Shown piece by piece: positions 33,810 through 46,230 of a stretch of 64,000 nt of DNA. The number at the start of each line of letters is the position of its first letter. The first letter of the stretch is position 1. The translations under genes and the position numbers were made by a program. Under the pieces are notes generated by a model that did no database searches, had not been told where the DNA came from, and worked only from the letters and a program-made list of their open reading frames with translations. Origin of the DNA: Hemiscyllium ocellatum (Eukaryota); assembly GCF_020745735.1 (NCBI RefSeq), contig NW_026867525.1, positions 1 through 64,000 of the forward strand, read 5' to 3'.

Positions 33810-34222
33810 CTCGACCCTTCGGCCCATCCAGCCCGTGCTGACCCTAATCCCCAAACTAACCCAGTCCCCCTGCCTGCTCCTGGCCCATCTCCCTCCAACC
33901 CTTCCCTGTCCATGTCCTTATCCAAATCCCTTTTAAACGTTGTAACTGTCCCCCTCCCTCCCACTTCCTCAGGAAGGTCATCCCACACACGGACCACCCT
34001 CTGGGGAAAACTGTTGCCCCTCGTGTCTTTTTTATAAATCTCCCTCCTCTCCTCTTAAACATGTGCCCCCCTGGTCTTCAAATCCCCCCCACCCTGGGGG
34101 AATAGACACCCCCCATTCACCCTCTCTGTGCCCCTCATGGTTTTATAAACCTCTATAAGGTCACCCCTCAGCCTCCGACGCTCCGGGGAGCAGACTCCCA
34201 GCCTATCCAGCCTTTCGTTATA
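33810..34222 (-). mobile_element. CR1 LINE 3' end fragment
   Basis: Reverse complement closely matches 19180-19590. Confidence 0.85.
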
Positions 34223-34227
34223 TAAAT

Positions 34228-35190
34228 GTTTTTATTTTAAAAAAAGATTTTAGGTTTTTTACAAAATTACAAACCAATATAAAATAGTATGACAACTTAA
34301 TAATAGCAACGATAGAAAACACATTATTAATCTAGAACATAGAACAGTACAGCACAGAACAGGCCCTTCGGCCCATGATGTTGTGCCGAACATCTATCCT
34401 AGATTAAGCACCCATCCATGTACCTATCCAATTGCCGCTTAAAGGTCGCCAATGATTCTGACTGTACCACTCCCACGGGCAGCGCATTCCATGCCCCCAC
34501 CACTCTCTGGGTAAAGAACCCACCCCTGACATCTCCCCTATACCTCCCACCCTTCACCATAAATTTATGTCCCCTTGTAACGCTCTGAAATCTAATCCAC
34601 AGACTACAGAAACACAAAACAAACCCCAAAATCCCTTTAAAACTAAAGTCCAATAAATAACCAACAAAAAAGAAGAAAAAAAAATAAATAAAAGATGAAA
34701 TAAAATTAGACCAAGATTATAACAAGGTAACTTAAATGATATTCAATTAAATTACTGCACTCAACACAATCTCATCACACCTCCTCACCACTGGGAGCAG
34801 TAGTGAGTAGACCCATATTTGTTCGGGATTCTTCCTCCCAGGGGCCAGCGAACCGATGGGCAGAGTTCCCATGGCCAGACAAAAGGCCCTGGGTAATCCA
34901 GCCGATGTCTCTCCATCGATATAATCCAAACACCGCCTCCGTGTTGAATAAAACAATTTAATTTTCTGGTGGGCACCATAGTCCGAAGGAAACCCAAGGG
35001 GATGCGTTCCATGACGATCCCACGCCAGCCCTAGAGTCCTTGGGGGATTCTCTGACACCCAGCTCATCAGACTCTTCTTCCTCACGCAGAAAGAAAGAAT
35101 ATTAAACAATTTCTTCCCGCGCGCGTCCAGGGAGGGAAGATTTGGGAGACTCAAAGGGAGGGATACCGGATCCAAGCTCACCTCAGTAAC
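34228..35190 (-). mobile_element. Probable L1-type LINE 3' fragment with a nested CR1 3' end (~34332-34588)
   Basis: KKLFNILSFCVRKKSLMSWVSENPP resembles the L1 ORF2 C-terminus and is followed by a T-rich 3' UTR on -; nested TRGHKFMVKGGRYRGDVRG.FFTQRVVGAWNALP is CR1. Confidence 0.55.
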
Positions 35191-36198
35191 TCCAACCCTC
35201 CCGTTCCCGGGAAATCTCTCCTGAACCCTCCCCAGGTTAATAATCTCCTTCCTATAACAGGGCACCCAGAACTGGACACAGTATTCCAGAAGGGACCTCC
35301 CCAATGTCCTGTACAACCCCAACATGACGTTCCCAACTCCTACACTCAAAGGGCTGAGCAGTGAAGGGGAGGGTGTGAGACCCCTTCGTTCCCCCCCCCC
35401 CCCCGTCTGTATGTGACACAGACTCCAAAGGGATTCTGTCCCTGAACCCCTGGGTCCCTCTGTTCCCCAGCACCACCCAGGAGGATAAAGCGAGGGCTGG
35501 AGATCAGAGTCGAAAGGTGTGGTGCTGGGAAAGTGCAGCAGGTCAGGCAGCATCTGAGGGGCAGGAGAATCAACATTTCGGGCAAAAGCCCTTCATCAGG
35601 AACACGACTCAAAGCCCTACCTTTAGTTGTATAAGTCCTGCCCTTGTAGTTGGCAATACCATGTGTTTATCCAAATGAACCTCCATCTATCACCCCTCAG
35701 CACATTGACCCTTCCATCCCCATCTGTCTCTCTCTCTGTGTCTCTGTCTCTCTCTCTCTCTGTGTCTCTGTCTGTGTGTCTCTCTCTCTCTCTGTGTCTC
35801 TCTCTCTCTCTGTGTCACTCCCTCTGTCTCCCTCTGTGTNNNNNNNNNNNNNNNNNNNNNNNNNNNNNNNNNNNNNNNNNNNNNNNNNNNNNNNNNNNNN
35901 NNNNNNNNNNNNNNNNNNNNNNNNNNNNNNNNNNNNNNNNNNNNNNNNNNNNNNNNNNNNNNNNNNNNNNNNNNNNNNNNNNNNNNNNNNNNNNNNNNNN
36001 NNNNNNNNNNNNNNNNNNNNNNNNNNNNNNNGTCCTGTCCCTGTAACCCCTCTCCGGTATATCACCTCCTTTGAGGTGCTGGGTTTCTGTTCCTGCTGGG
36101 ACCTGCCCATCGATGTCGGAGCTCCCAGTTGAAGGTGAGGGCCGTGGGCGCGTTGGCGTTTTCCTGAGTGACTGACCCTCGTTCCTCACTGATGGCAG

Positions 36199-36300
36199 GA
36201 GGTTTCTGGTCGCCTGGAGGCAGGGGCCGAGGTGGTGGCAGGGGGAGAGGAGGGTTCCGCGGTGGAGCCAAGGTCACGGTGGAACCACACAGGCATGAGG
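36199..36300 (+). CDS. FBL: Fibrillarin exon 3
   Basis: GGFWSPGGRGRGGGRGRGGFRGGAKVTVEPHRHE; cag| acceptor and |gtgagt donor, 102 nt. Confidence 0.93.
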
Positions 36301-36334
36301 GTGAGTAGAACCATGGTACCGACACCCAGAGGCT

Positions 36335-36755
36335 GCCCTGTCAGGGGGCAGTGGGAGTGCCCTGTCAGGGGGCACTGGGGGGAGTGGGAGTGTCCTGTCG
36401 GGGGGCACTGGGGGGAGTGGGGGTGCCCTGTCGGGGGGGGGGCAGTGGGAGTGCCCTGTCAGGGGGGAGTGCCCTGTCAGGGGAGGGAGTGGGAATGCCC
36501 TGTCGGGGGGGGGGGGCAGTGGGAGGGCCCTGTCGGGGGGGGGGGGCAGTGGGAGGGCCCTGTCGGGGGGGGCAGTGGGAGGGCCCTGTCGGGGGGGAGT
36601 GCCCTGTCAGGGGGGGAGTGGGAGGGCCCTGTCAGGGGGGAGTGCCCTGTCAGGGGGGGAGTGGGAGGGCCCTGTCGGGGGGGGGGGGAGTGGGAGGGCC
36701 CTGTCGGGGGGCAGTGGGGGGGGTGGGAGTGCCCTGTCAGGGGGGAGTGGGGGAG
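36335..36755. repeat. G-rich short-unit minisatellite (gggagtgccctgtcGn)n
   Basis: Tandem degenerate units. Confidence 0.88.
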
Positions 36756-37204
36756 TACCCAGGGGATGGGGGTGGGGAAAGAGGGTCAGATGAGGTAACT
36801 AGAGGTTGTGTGTGGTAGGGGTCAGGGTGGGTGGGTGGGTGTGAATGGCAATTGGGGGGGAGGGGGGGTGTGGGGGTGGGGTGTCTGTGTCAGGGTGATG
36901 AGGTGTCAGCCAACCCATTCAGATTCCCCAACTCCCCCCTCCTCCTCCAGCCTGTTACACAGGGACAGGAGGCCATTCGGCCCCTTCTTTGAGCCCTGTT
37001 ACACGGTGCAGGAGGTTGAGAGTGAAGATCACACACAGTTGGTCCCTGTGTTTGAGAGGGCTGGGATTGAAGTGGGCCGAGACCCTGTGGAAGTTGGCGG
37101 TTGGTGGTGGGAGACAGGCTGGTATCTCTGACCCCTGGCTGACTTGCCCACACGGGTTCTCACTCTCTCTCTCTCTCTCTCTCACTCTCTCTCTCTCGGC
37201 TCAG

Positions 37205-37299
37205 GGGTATTTATCTGTCGCGGGAAAGAAGATGCTCTGGTGACGAAGAACATGGTTCCAGGGGAGTCTGTGTACGGGGAGAAGAGAATTGGGGTTGAG
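37205..37299 (+). CDS. FBL: Fibrillarin exon 4
   Basis: [32 protein letters not shown]; 95 nt, AG/GT bounded. Confidence 0.97.
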
Positions 37300-37960
37300 G
37301 TAAGGTTCCCCCTCTCCCCCCACGCACACGCAGAACGTCCAGACTGGGGCTGGTCTGCAGAATAAAACCCTGCTCCCCCCACACTCGGACAGTACACTCC
37401 AGACCCTAACCCTCTCGAGGGAAACATCTACTCCCCTCACACCCTCACACAGTACACCCCAGACCCTAACCCCCTCGAGGGAAACCTCTACTCCCCCCAC
37501 ACCCTCAGACAGTACACCCCAGACCCTAACCCCCTCGAGGGAAACCTCTACTCCCCTCACACCCTCAGACAGTACACCCCAGACCCTAACTCCCTCGGGT
37601 GATCCTGTCTCCTTCACACTCTACATCCCAGTCTCTTTGATGTCTCCAGGTCACTGAAGCCTCTCATCCCTGGAACCTTTCTCCAGGATCTGTTCCGTGT
37701 CCTCTCTGGAGGTGTCCCGTCCTTCCTAAGGACTGGGGCCCAGGACTGGACACATTCCCTCCAGCTGGGCCTGAACCCAGGGTCCTGTCCAAGGCCCAGC
37801 CCCAGCCTCCTTCCTCCTGTACCCTGTGTTCCTGTTAATAAACGCCGGGATACTGTCTGCTCCCTGAACTGTGCTCTTGCCTTGCCCTGCTACCTTTAAT
37901 GACTAACGCACCTCTATCCCCAAAGGCTCACTGATGGAGCAGCTCCTGGAGAATTGTGTC

Positions 37961-38340
37961 TTCTGGGTGTCAGAATGCTCACTGAGCTGGAAGGTTCATT
38001 TTCAGACGTTTCGTCACCATACCGGGTAACATCATCATTGAGCCTGTGGTGAATGCTGGTATTATGTCCCGCTTTCTATTCATGCGTTTAGGTTTCTTCG
38101 GGTCGATGATGTCACTTCCACCTATATCCTCTGAGAAATAGAACTGGAAGTGACATCACTGACCTGAGGAAACATAAATGCACAAATAGAAAGCGGGACA
38201 TAACACCAGCGCTTCACCACAGGCTCAGTGATGATGTTACCCGGTATGGTGATGAAACGTCTGAAAATGAACCTTCCAGCTCAGTGAGCATTCCGACATC
38301 CAGAACCTCAACCTGAGCTACAAATCTTCTCAAAACTCTC
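37961..38340. mobile_element. Penelope-derived palindromic element (~160-bp arms)
   Basis: ttctgggtgtcagaatgctcactgagctggaagg...gtcacttcc | loop | ggaagtgac...ccttccagctcagtgagcattccgacatccagaa. Confidence 0.85.
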
Positions 38341-38850
38341 TAGTTGTCTCTCCTTGTGTCCTTCCCCCATCACTTCACTACAGTAAATTTCACCTGCTGC
38401 TTGTTAGCCCACTCTGCCCACCACCCCCCCCCCCCCCACCACCCCCCGGTCCCGGTGGATGTGCTGTGCTGTCCTCCACGGTGTACATTCAGTAGCGCCT
38501 GCAGGTTTGCTGTCTGTACTGTACTGCCCTGTACAGCGGGGACACGCTCACGGGTGTGGAGGAGGGAAGGTAGGAGTCCCCACACTGACCTCCTCCTGGG
38601 CTGTTTCCACCATGAACCTCCCTCCTGGGTCCCAGCATCAGCCTCTGCTCTAGTGGCATGGACGACTGAAGCCGTTGTTTGTGCCAGCGGATTTTTACCC
38701 CCCACGTGGAATTGGGGCGCTGTGTTCATGCTGGCCCCAGCGCTGAGAGAATCTGGGGATGAAGAGTTGTTGTGGCAGGGTCCAGGAGATGGGCCTGGAC
38801 TCGCGGCTGCCGCTTGCGGCACTGACCCTGGGCGGTGTTGTGTTTTGCAG

Positions 38851-39021
38851 GAAGCAGACACCAAAATCGAGTACAGAGCCTGGAACCCCTTCCGATCGAA
38901 ACTCGCAGCCGCCATTCTCGGGGGCATTGACCAGATCCACATCAAGCCTGGAGTGAAAGTCCTGTACCTGGGAGCGGCGTCTGGCACCACGGTCTCCCAC
39001 GTCTCCGACATTGTGGGACCT
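38851..39021 (+). CDS. FBL: Fibrillarin exon 5
   Basis: [51 protein letters not shown] (SAM-binding motif); 171 nt. Confidence 0.99.
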
Positions 39022-39182
39022 GTGAGTCACTGGCAATCGAACGCGTGCTGCGCGGGTCGGGCAGAAGTCCGGGAGGCGCTCCGGCACCCGGACGTCCGCC
39101 GGGTGTGGCGAGGGTGGTCTTCGAGGAGGGTCCAGGTGAAGGGAAGGCAGGGGAACTGATTTCTCTCTTCCCTCTTCGACAG

Positions 39183-39315
39183 GAGGGCTTGGTCTACGCC
39201 GTTGAGTTCTCCCACCGGTCTGGCCGTGACCTCATCAACGTGGCCAAGAAGCGCACCAACATCATCCCCATTATTGAGGACGCCAGGCACCCGCACAAGT
39301 ACCGCATGCTCCTCG
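39183..39315 (+). CDS. FBL: Fibrillarin exon 6
   Basis: [44 protein letters not shown]; 133 nt. Confidence 0.99.
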
Positions 39316-40284
39316 GTGAGTTAGGCCGACAGACCCTCCCCACCCCCCCTCAGGAGCTGTCCCTGCTCCCCCGGGTCAGTTGCCATTGGGAAAGTCTGGC
39401 TGACTTGGGAGGGGTGGGGGGTGGAATTGGAGTTGGACTAGAACAGTCGAAATGAGTCGCTGGTGGGCTATCGGGGGCGGGGGGGGGGGGGGGGAAGTGT
39501 GCGGGAAAGGGGGTGGGCCATGTGGGATTCATTCCCACAGGAAGTGGGGTGTGGGAATGTGGGGCTCGCTCCCACGGGGTTGGGGGGGAAAGCAGGGCTC
39601 GCTCCCGGTTGGGGGGGAGGGGAGGGAGATGTGTGGGGTTCAGTCCCACACGGAGTCGAGGGTGGGAGTGTGGGGCTCGCTCCCACAGGGGAGTGTTGGG
39701 GTGGAGGGGAGCTGGTGTGTGACTACCTGCCTCGGTGTAGAGTTGGGTCCTTGATGATGATGATGATGATGGGTATGGGCAGGGACCAATGGCAAACCCT
39801 CACAATCACTGCATTAGGGCCAAGAGGAAACCACTCAGCCCTTCAGATTGTGTTTGTCTGTTCAGTAGTACGGCCATTCGGCCCATCGAGTCCAGTCCGC
39901 CATTCAATCATGGCTGATGGGCATTTCAACTCCACTTACCCGCATTCTCCCCGTAGCCCTTAATTCCTCGAGACGACAAGAATCTATCCATCTCTGATAG
40001 ATTCTTGTTGTCTGGAGGAATCATGGCTGACCTGTGTGCTATCTCCACCCTGTCTGGGTGACAGGGATACACCAACCTCCGAGTTAAAATGATAAGGTAT
40101 CGAGCTCCAACCTTGTGCCTCCTGAACGCACTTCTGAAAGTCCTGGCTCGTGCTTTGAGACTGTCTCCCTTTGTCCGACATTCGCTGTAGGTCTCCCCAT
40201 CGCTGCCTGTTGGTGTCTGAGCTCCCCGGGACCGCACGGTGACTCTTCCTCTCCTGTTCATGTCTCTCTCTGCTCTCTCCTCAG

Positions 40285-40397
40285 GAATGGTGGATGTCAT
40301 CTTCGCTGATGTGGCGCAGCCTGACCAGTGCAGGATTGTGGCTCTCAACGCCCACCACTTTCTCAAAGTGGGCGGTCACTTTGTCATCTCTATTAAG
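40285..40397 (+). CDS. FBL: Fibrillarin exon 7
   Basis: [38 protein letters not shown]; 113 nt. Confidence 0.99.
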
Positions 40398-40689
40398 GTG
40401 AGCACGGGGTGCCCCTGCCTCCCCTCTGGTCTGCAGGGCTGTCTGGGTGAAAGCACTCCTTGTTGAGTACAGGGGGTTCGTGTGTGTGTGTGTGTTGCGG
40501 GGTGGTGGGGGGTGGGTTCCTTCCTACCTGAATCCGTCTGGTGGTTTTGCACAGGACCTTCTGTCTGCAAGGTCTCTCAATTCATTTCACAGCAGGTGTG
40601 TTCCTCGTCAATATTTGGAAAGTCCCCCCATAACAACAACCCTGTTCCTCTCGCTCCTGTCCAGAATTATCTTTGCTATCTTTTCCTCT

Positions 40690-42230
40690 ACATTAAGGGC
40701 TACGGGGAGAATGCTGGTAAGTGGAGTTGAAATACCCATCAGCCATGATTGAATGGCGGAGTGGACTCGATGGGCCGAATGGCCTTACTTCCACTCCTCT
40801 GTCTTATGGTGTGTCTCTCAGTCCAGGACTAGAGGGCGTAGGTTTAGGGCGAGAGGAGAAAGATTTAAAAGGGACCTAAGGGGCAACGTTTTCACACCGA
40901 GGTGGGGGTGGGTGTATGGAACGAGCTGCCAGAGGAAGTGGTGGGGGCTGGTACAGTGACAACATTTAAAAGGCATCTGGATGGGGACATGGATAGGGGG
41001 ATATGGGCCAAATGCTGGTAAATAGGACTAGCTTAATTTAGGATATCTGGTCGGCATGGACGAGTTGCGCCGAAGGGTCTGTTTCCATGCTGTTCATCTC
41101 TGACTCTGTGGAACTTGCAGGTCACCGTTTTGAGTCCCTCATGGTTTTGGACGATACCACGATAGGTCAGAGTCAGTGATGGGTGGCTGTCTCCCAGGAC
41201 GCTGAGGATGGCAAGGGAAGAGATTGCTGGGGCCTTGACAGAGATCTTGGTCATAGAAGGCAGAGGGGAGTTGTGATGGAGTGATTTCTCCAGCTGCAGG
41301 TCTGGGACCAGTGGGTGTTCCGTAAGGATCAGTGCTGGGACCTCTGGCGTCTGGAATATATAGAAATGATTTTGCTGAAAATATAAGGGGGTCTGATTAG
41401 AAAGTTTGCAGATGGCATGAAAATGTTCCGGATAGTGAGGATGGTTGTGAAAGGATACAGCAGGATGTAGGTCAGTTGGAAAGTTGGGCAGAGGTGTAGC
41501 AGGTGGAGATTCATCTGGATGAGTGTGTGGTGCTGTGTTTTGGGAGGTCATAGCAAGTGGAAAGTATCCTGTAAATGATTCCCAAAGGGATCTTGGGATG
41601 CAAGGCCATAACTCCCTGAACGTGGCAACACCGTGGATCAGGTGGGAGGGAAGGCAGGGAATTGAATAAAAATGTTGTTCAGTCATGTTGCAACTGTATA
41701 AAACTTTAATTCGGCCACATTTGGAATATTGTGTGCAGTTCTGGTCGCCACGTTGTAGGAGGGATGTAGAGGCTTTGGAGAGGGTATGAAAAAGACTATT
41801 GCCTGGATTGGAGGGTATTATCTCGAAGGAGAGGCTGGATAAACTTGGATTGTTTTCACTAGAGCGACACAGGCTGAGGGGCAGCCTGATAAAGCCGATA
41901 AAATTGAGAAGTTTGGATAGGGTGGATAGTCCTAGAATGGAAATATCAAATACTCGGGGGCGTAGGGTTAAGGTGAGAGGGGGAAAGTTTAAAGGAGATG
42001 TACAGGTGAAGGTTTCTTTATACAGCGAGTGAGAGGTGACTGCAGTGACCTGTCAGGAGAGGTGTTAGAAGCAGATACATTAACAACACTTCAGAGGTAT
42101 GCAGACAAATACAGGATTAGGCAGGGACTAGAGTGATACAGATCATGTACAGGCAGATAGGATTAGTTTAGAATGGCATCATGGTTGGCTCAGGCATGGT
42201 GGGTCGACGGGCCAGTTCCTGTACTGTTAT
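40690..42230 (+). mobile_element. Cluster of decayed CR1 fragments
   Basis: SRTRGRRFRARGERFKRDLRGNVFT; RKFADGMK; [18 protein letters not shown]; LDKLGLFSLERHRLRG. Confidence 0.85.
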
Positions 42231-42257
42231 ATAAAAAGGAAAGTTTACGTGGGACTG

Positions 42258-43128
42258 AGGGCAGGGGATTAAATGGGTGGGTAGGGTCAGTGATGGAGGG
42301 ACGGTGTATGCTGGGCTGTGGGAGGGGGGATTAAATGGGTGGGTAGGGTCAGTGATGGACGGAGGGTGTACACTGGGCTGTGGGAGGGGGATTAAATGGG
42401 TGGGTAGGGTCAGTGATGGACGGAGGGTGTACACTGGGCTGTGGGCAGGGGATTAAATGGGTGGGTAGGGTCAGTGATGGACGGAGGGTGTATACTGGGC
42501 TGTGGGAGGGGGATTAAATGGGTGGGTAGGGTCAGTGATGGGGGGAGGGTGTACACTGGGCTGTGGGAGGGGGGATTAAATGGGTGGGTAGGGTCAGTGA
42601 TGGAGGGAGGGTGTACACTGGGCTGTGGGAGGGGGGATTAAATGGGTGGGTAGGGTCAGTGATGGGGGGAGGGTGTACACTGGGCTGTGGGAGGGGAGAT
42701 TAAATGGGTGGGTAGGGTCAGTGATGGGAGGAGGGTGTACACTGGGCTGTGGGAGGGGGATTAAATGGGTGGGTAGGGTCAGTGATGGGGGGAGGGTGTA
42801 CACTGGGCTGTGGGAGGGGGATTAAATGGGTGGGTAGGGTCAGTGATGGAGGGAGGGTGTACACTGGGCTGTGGGAGGGGGATTAAATGGGTGGGTAGGG
42901 TCAGTGATGGAAGGAGGGTGTACACTGGGCTGTGGGAGGGGGATTAAATGGGTGGGTAGGGTCAGTGATGGAAGGAGGGTGTACACTGGGCTGTGGGAGG
43001 GGGGATTAAATGGGTGGGTAGGGTCAGTGATGGGGGGAGGGTGTACACTGGGCTGTGGTAGGGGGATTAAATGGGTGGGTAGGGTCAGTGATGGGGGGAG
43101 GGTGTACACTGGGCTGTGGGAGGGCAGT
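42258..43128. repeat. ~59-61 bp minisatellite (ggattaaatgggtgggtagggtcagtgatgg...gggtgtacactgggctgtggga)n
   Basis: About 14 units. Confidence 0.96.
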
Positions 43129-43357
43129 GAATTGGAGTTGTATCCTGGTAGACTATTGGATTGTTAACACATCAGTTCAGCATGTCTGCTTCCCTTTTCA
43201 TCTCAGGTCCTTGCTTGCTGAAAGATTATGGACTGGAGTTGAGTTTTTGAGTGGGTTAGCCCAGCCTGGGATGAGGCAGAGCTGGGTGCCTCTGCGAGGC
43301 CTGGGATAGAGGGCAGGCCTGTCACATGCCCTAACATACGTGTGTTTGACTCCACAG

Positions 43358-43503
43358 GCAAACTGCATTGACTCCACAGCTACCCCCGAGGCTGTGTTTG
43401 CATCAGAGGTGAAGAAGATGCAGCAGGAGAATATGAAACCCCAGGAACAGTTAACGTTGGAGCCATATGAGAGGGATCACGCCGTTGTGGTTGGGATATA
43501 CAG
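43358..43503 (+). CDS. FBL: Fibrillarin exon 8
   Basis: [48 protein letters not shown]; 146 nt, phase-2 donor. Confidence 0.99.
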
Positions 43504-44073
43504 GTGTGTGCTGTTTGAGTAACTCCTCTGGGAAAAGCAAAGTGCCCACCCAGGACATATCCTGGGGTGGCTTCCCTTCTGCTCCTTACTGTACAGGACT
43601 GTGTTTAGTCCGTCTCTGTGCAAATGTGCATCCCCTCGGCTGTCAGTGACTGAAAGGTTCGGTGGGAAAGTGAGACTCTCTTCATTTCAGATATGAAGTA
43701 GGAACTGTTTTTGAGTTGTGAGGTTGTAGCTCATAGTGCTGTGTGCCTGAGGGTATTTTCCAGCCAAGTGAGACGTAGTGAGTTTGCTCTCCCCACCTTT
43801 TTGTTGTCGTTTTAAGTTAATTTCAGCAGGAGGTTGCATCTCTCTCCAATTGAACTGTAGTTCACTTCTCTGTTTACTATAGGTAGTGAGAAGTCAGTGA
43901 TGAGGTTTGATTGAGTTAAGGAAAGAGCAAATTTATTATTGTCTAACCTATTATCTTCTGACAAGTGGCCAATGGTGATGTCACTTATCACATGTTGTCA
44001 ATATTTCCATATTTTGCATTCGTTAAGATCTTCCTGAGACCACCATAGATTTCAGTTGGTGTCTGGTTTGTAG

Positions 44074-44285
44074 AGAGCTGGAAATGTGTTGCTGGAAAAG
44101 CGCAGAAGGTCAGGCAGCATCCAAGGAGCAGGAGAATCGACGTTTCGGACATGAGTCCTTCTTCAGGAAAGGGCTGATGCCCGAAACGTCAATTCTCCTG
44201 CTCCTTGGATGCTGCCTGACCTGCTGCGCTTTTCCAGCAACACATTTTCAGCTCTGATCTCCAGTCCTCACTTTCTCCTCTGGTT
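44074..44285. mobile_element. Short palindromic Penelope terminal-repeat element, hammerhead core on - at 44139-44166
   Basis: agagctg..aaatgtgttgctggaaaagcgcag... / ...ctgcgcttttccagcaacacattttcagctct; ctggtttgtagag repeated on both flanks. Confidence 0.85.
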
Positions 44286-44467
44286 TGTAGAGTGTGCAAA
44301 CTTTTGCACTCTCTTCCCCAGTTCTCCTAACCTCCATCTTCAGTTTGACACAGGATGTGTGCCCAAGTCGGTGCTGATGCTTACGGTCTGTCACGATTCT
44401 TTGCCAGGTCAATAACCAATGACTATAGTGGTCTTCCCACCCTTCCTTGATGACACTTGGTGATCTC

Positions 44468-44792
44468 TTTTTTTTTATTCATTCTCAAGGAGCCAGCAAC
44501 ACTTGCTCAACCAGCATTTATTGCCTCTCCCTGATTACCCTTGAGAAGGTGGTGGTGAGCTGCCTGTTTGAGCTGTTGCCATCCATTGTAGGTAGACCAT
44601 TAGGGAGGAAGTTCCAAGACTTTGACCCAGCGACACTGAAGGAATGGTGATCTCTTTCCAAGTCGGGATGGTGAGGGGCTCGGTGGGGAACTTGCAGGGG
44701 GCGGTGTTCCAGGTATCTGCTGCCCTTGTCCTTCTAGATGGAAGTGTCCGTGGGTTTGGGAAGTGCTGGTTGAGGAGCCTCGGTGAATTTCT
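44468..44792 (-). mobile_element. 3' end of a CR1/L2-group LINE
   Basis: ttattcattc...cagcatttattgcc...ccttgagaaggtggtggtgagctgcc tail; shorter copy at 47010-47145. Confidence 0.65.
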
Positions 44793-44914
44793 GAGGTCTT
44801 AATGGTTTCCTCTCCATTTTCTCCTTATGCAGGGAGTTTTGATGCCCAATCCGTTAAATGAAAATCAAACCAGCACCATGCTTCTGAGGGGCTGTAATTC
44901 ACAGTCAGGGGGTA

Positions 44915-45108
44915 AAAAATGAGGTCTGCAGATGCTGGAGATCACAGCTGAAAATGTGTTGCTGGTTAAAGCACAGCAGGTTAGGCAGCATCCAAGGAAC
45001 AGGAAATTCGACGTTTCGGGCATTTCCTGATGAAGGGCTTATGCCCGAAACGTCGAATTTCCTATTCCTTGGATGCTGCCTAACCTGCTGTGCTTTAATC
45101 AGCAACAC
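44915..45108. mobile_element. Short palindromic Penelope terminal-repeat element, hammerhead core on + at 45027-45054
   Basis: Inverted arms; CTGATGA-A-GGGC-TTAT-GCCC-GAAA-CGTC; cacagtcagg repeated on both flanks. Confidence 0.85.
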
Positions 45109-45241
45109 AGTCACAGTCAGGGCCCAAGCATATATCTGTTCTGAGGCTGTGTATATCAAAGACCACCTTACCACCGTAGCTGCCTCTTCGTGGTCTGAAT
45201 CTGGGAACTGCTGTCTGTGATGCTGTTTTGTTTTAATACAG

Positions 45242-45269
45242 GCCGCCAGCCAAACAGAAGAAATTATAA
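45242..45269 (+). CDS. FBL: Fibrillarin exon 9 (RPPAKQKKL*)
   Basis: ttttgttttaatacag| acceptor; total CDS 948 nt = 315 aa plus stop; C-terminus resembles vertebrate RPPPKxK. Confidence 0.92.
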
Positions 45270-46224
45270 GTAAAGACCAGGGCCCAGAAATCGGCGAGAG
45301 AGAGAGAGATGCTAATGGACACGCTGAGTCCGGGATTGTGTTGTACAAAACTCTTCTGACTGGATTTCTGAGGCTGGATAAAGCTCGACAGTTTGCTGAC
45401 TTTGCTTCTCAAATGGGGCACGTGATTTTATTTTTTTTTTCCTTCCCTTGCCTCATCGTCGTCCGAAGGCTGTTTGAGTTCTCAAACTCTTACCGTTTGC
45501 AGTATCGTTCTGACCATGCTGGGGTGGGTGGGGTTGTAATCTCTGGAGGGGAACGTTTGCCAGGGTGGGCCTGTTGGCTCATGGTTAGTTTTAAGTCTCA
45601 TGTTTTTGTTTTTGTTGTGGTAGGGGAAGAGAATGGGATTTGGATTCCAGAAATGCAAACATTTCATTTGAGTTGGGAACCTCTTGTGTTAATGGGAGGA
45701 GGCTGGGAATGGGAGTAGAGGGAAGACAGTTTGGCCTTTCGAGACTGTTCTGTACGATCGCTGACGATCTCCTATCCCTCTTCATGCCCTATGCCCGAAT
45801 GTCCAAAATCCAATAGATCTTTGAGTCTGGAATGTACTTGATGGGGGGGGGTGATGGGGGTGGAAGAGAGACCTGCAGCCACTTGACAACAGTTGTGTCA
45901 AACCCTCCTGAAGTTTCTCCTCTCACCCCTTGCTGTGCCGAACCGCAGAGGGTAGCGTAACCTTTGCGTGTTTTGTTCTTGTCCTGAAGACCAGGAATTG
46001 GACACAGACATGCTGATAGGTTGCGAGGCCGGGTGCTAGAAGAGAAACCATTTATAAGCACACTATTCCATTTAGTTGCCACGGCGAAGCCCCACGTCCT
46101 GTGCTGTTCTTTATCACATTGTTTGAAATGTTTTGCGGGTGATGCCTGACTGAAGTGTATTTCCCGTGTTTAGCTGTGGAGACAATTTTGTGTACTTCAA
46201 TTGTTGATGAATTTTCAATGCGTT

Positions 46225-46230
46225 ATTAAA
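46225..46230 (+). terminator. Candidate FBL polyadenylation signal (ATTAAA)
   Basis: First A(A/T)TAAA I can find after the stop, with a TG/T-rich stretch downstream; implies a ~1 kb 3' UTR. Confidence 0.4.

Noticed and set aside
38105-38170. C/D-like boxes (GATGATG...CTGA) in FBL intron 4 and repeated GTGATGG in 42258-43128
   Set aside because: They lie within a Penelope-derived palindrome and a minisatellite respectively; imperfect C boxes with no snoRNA architecture.
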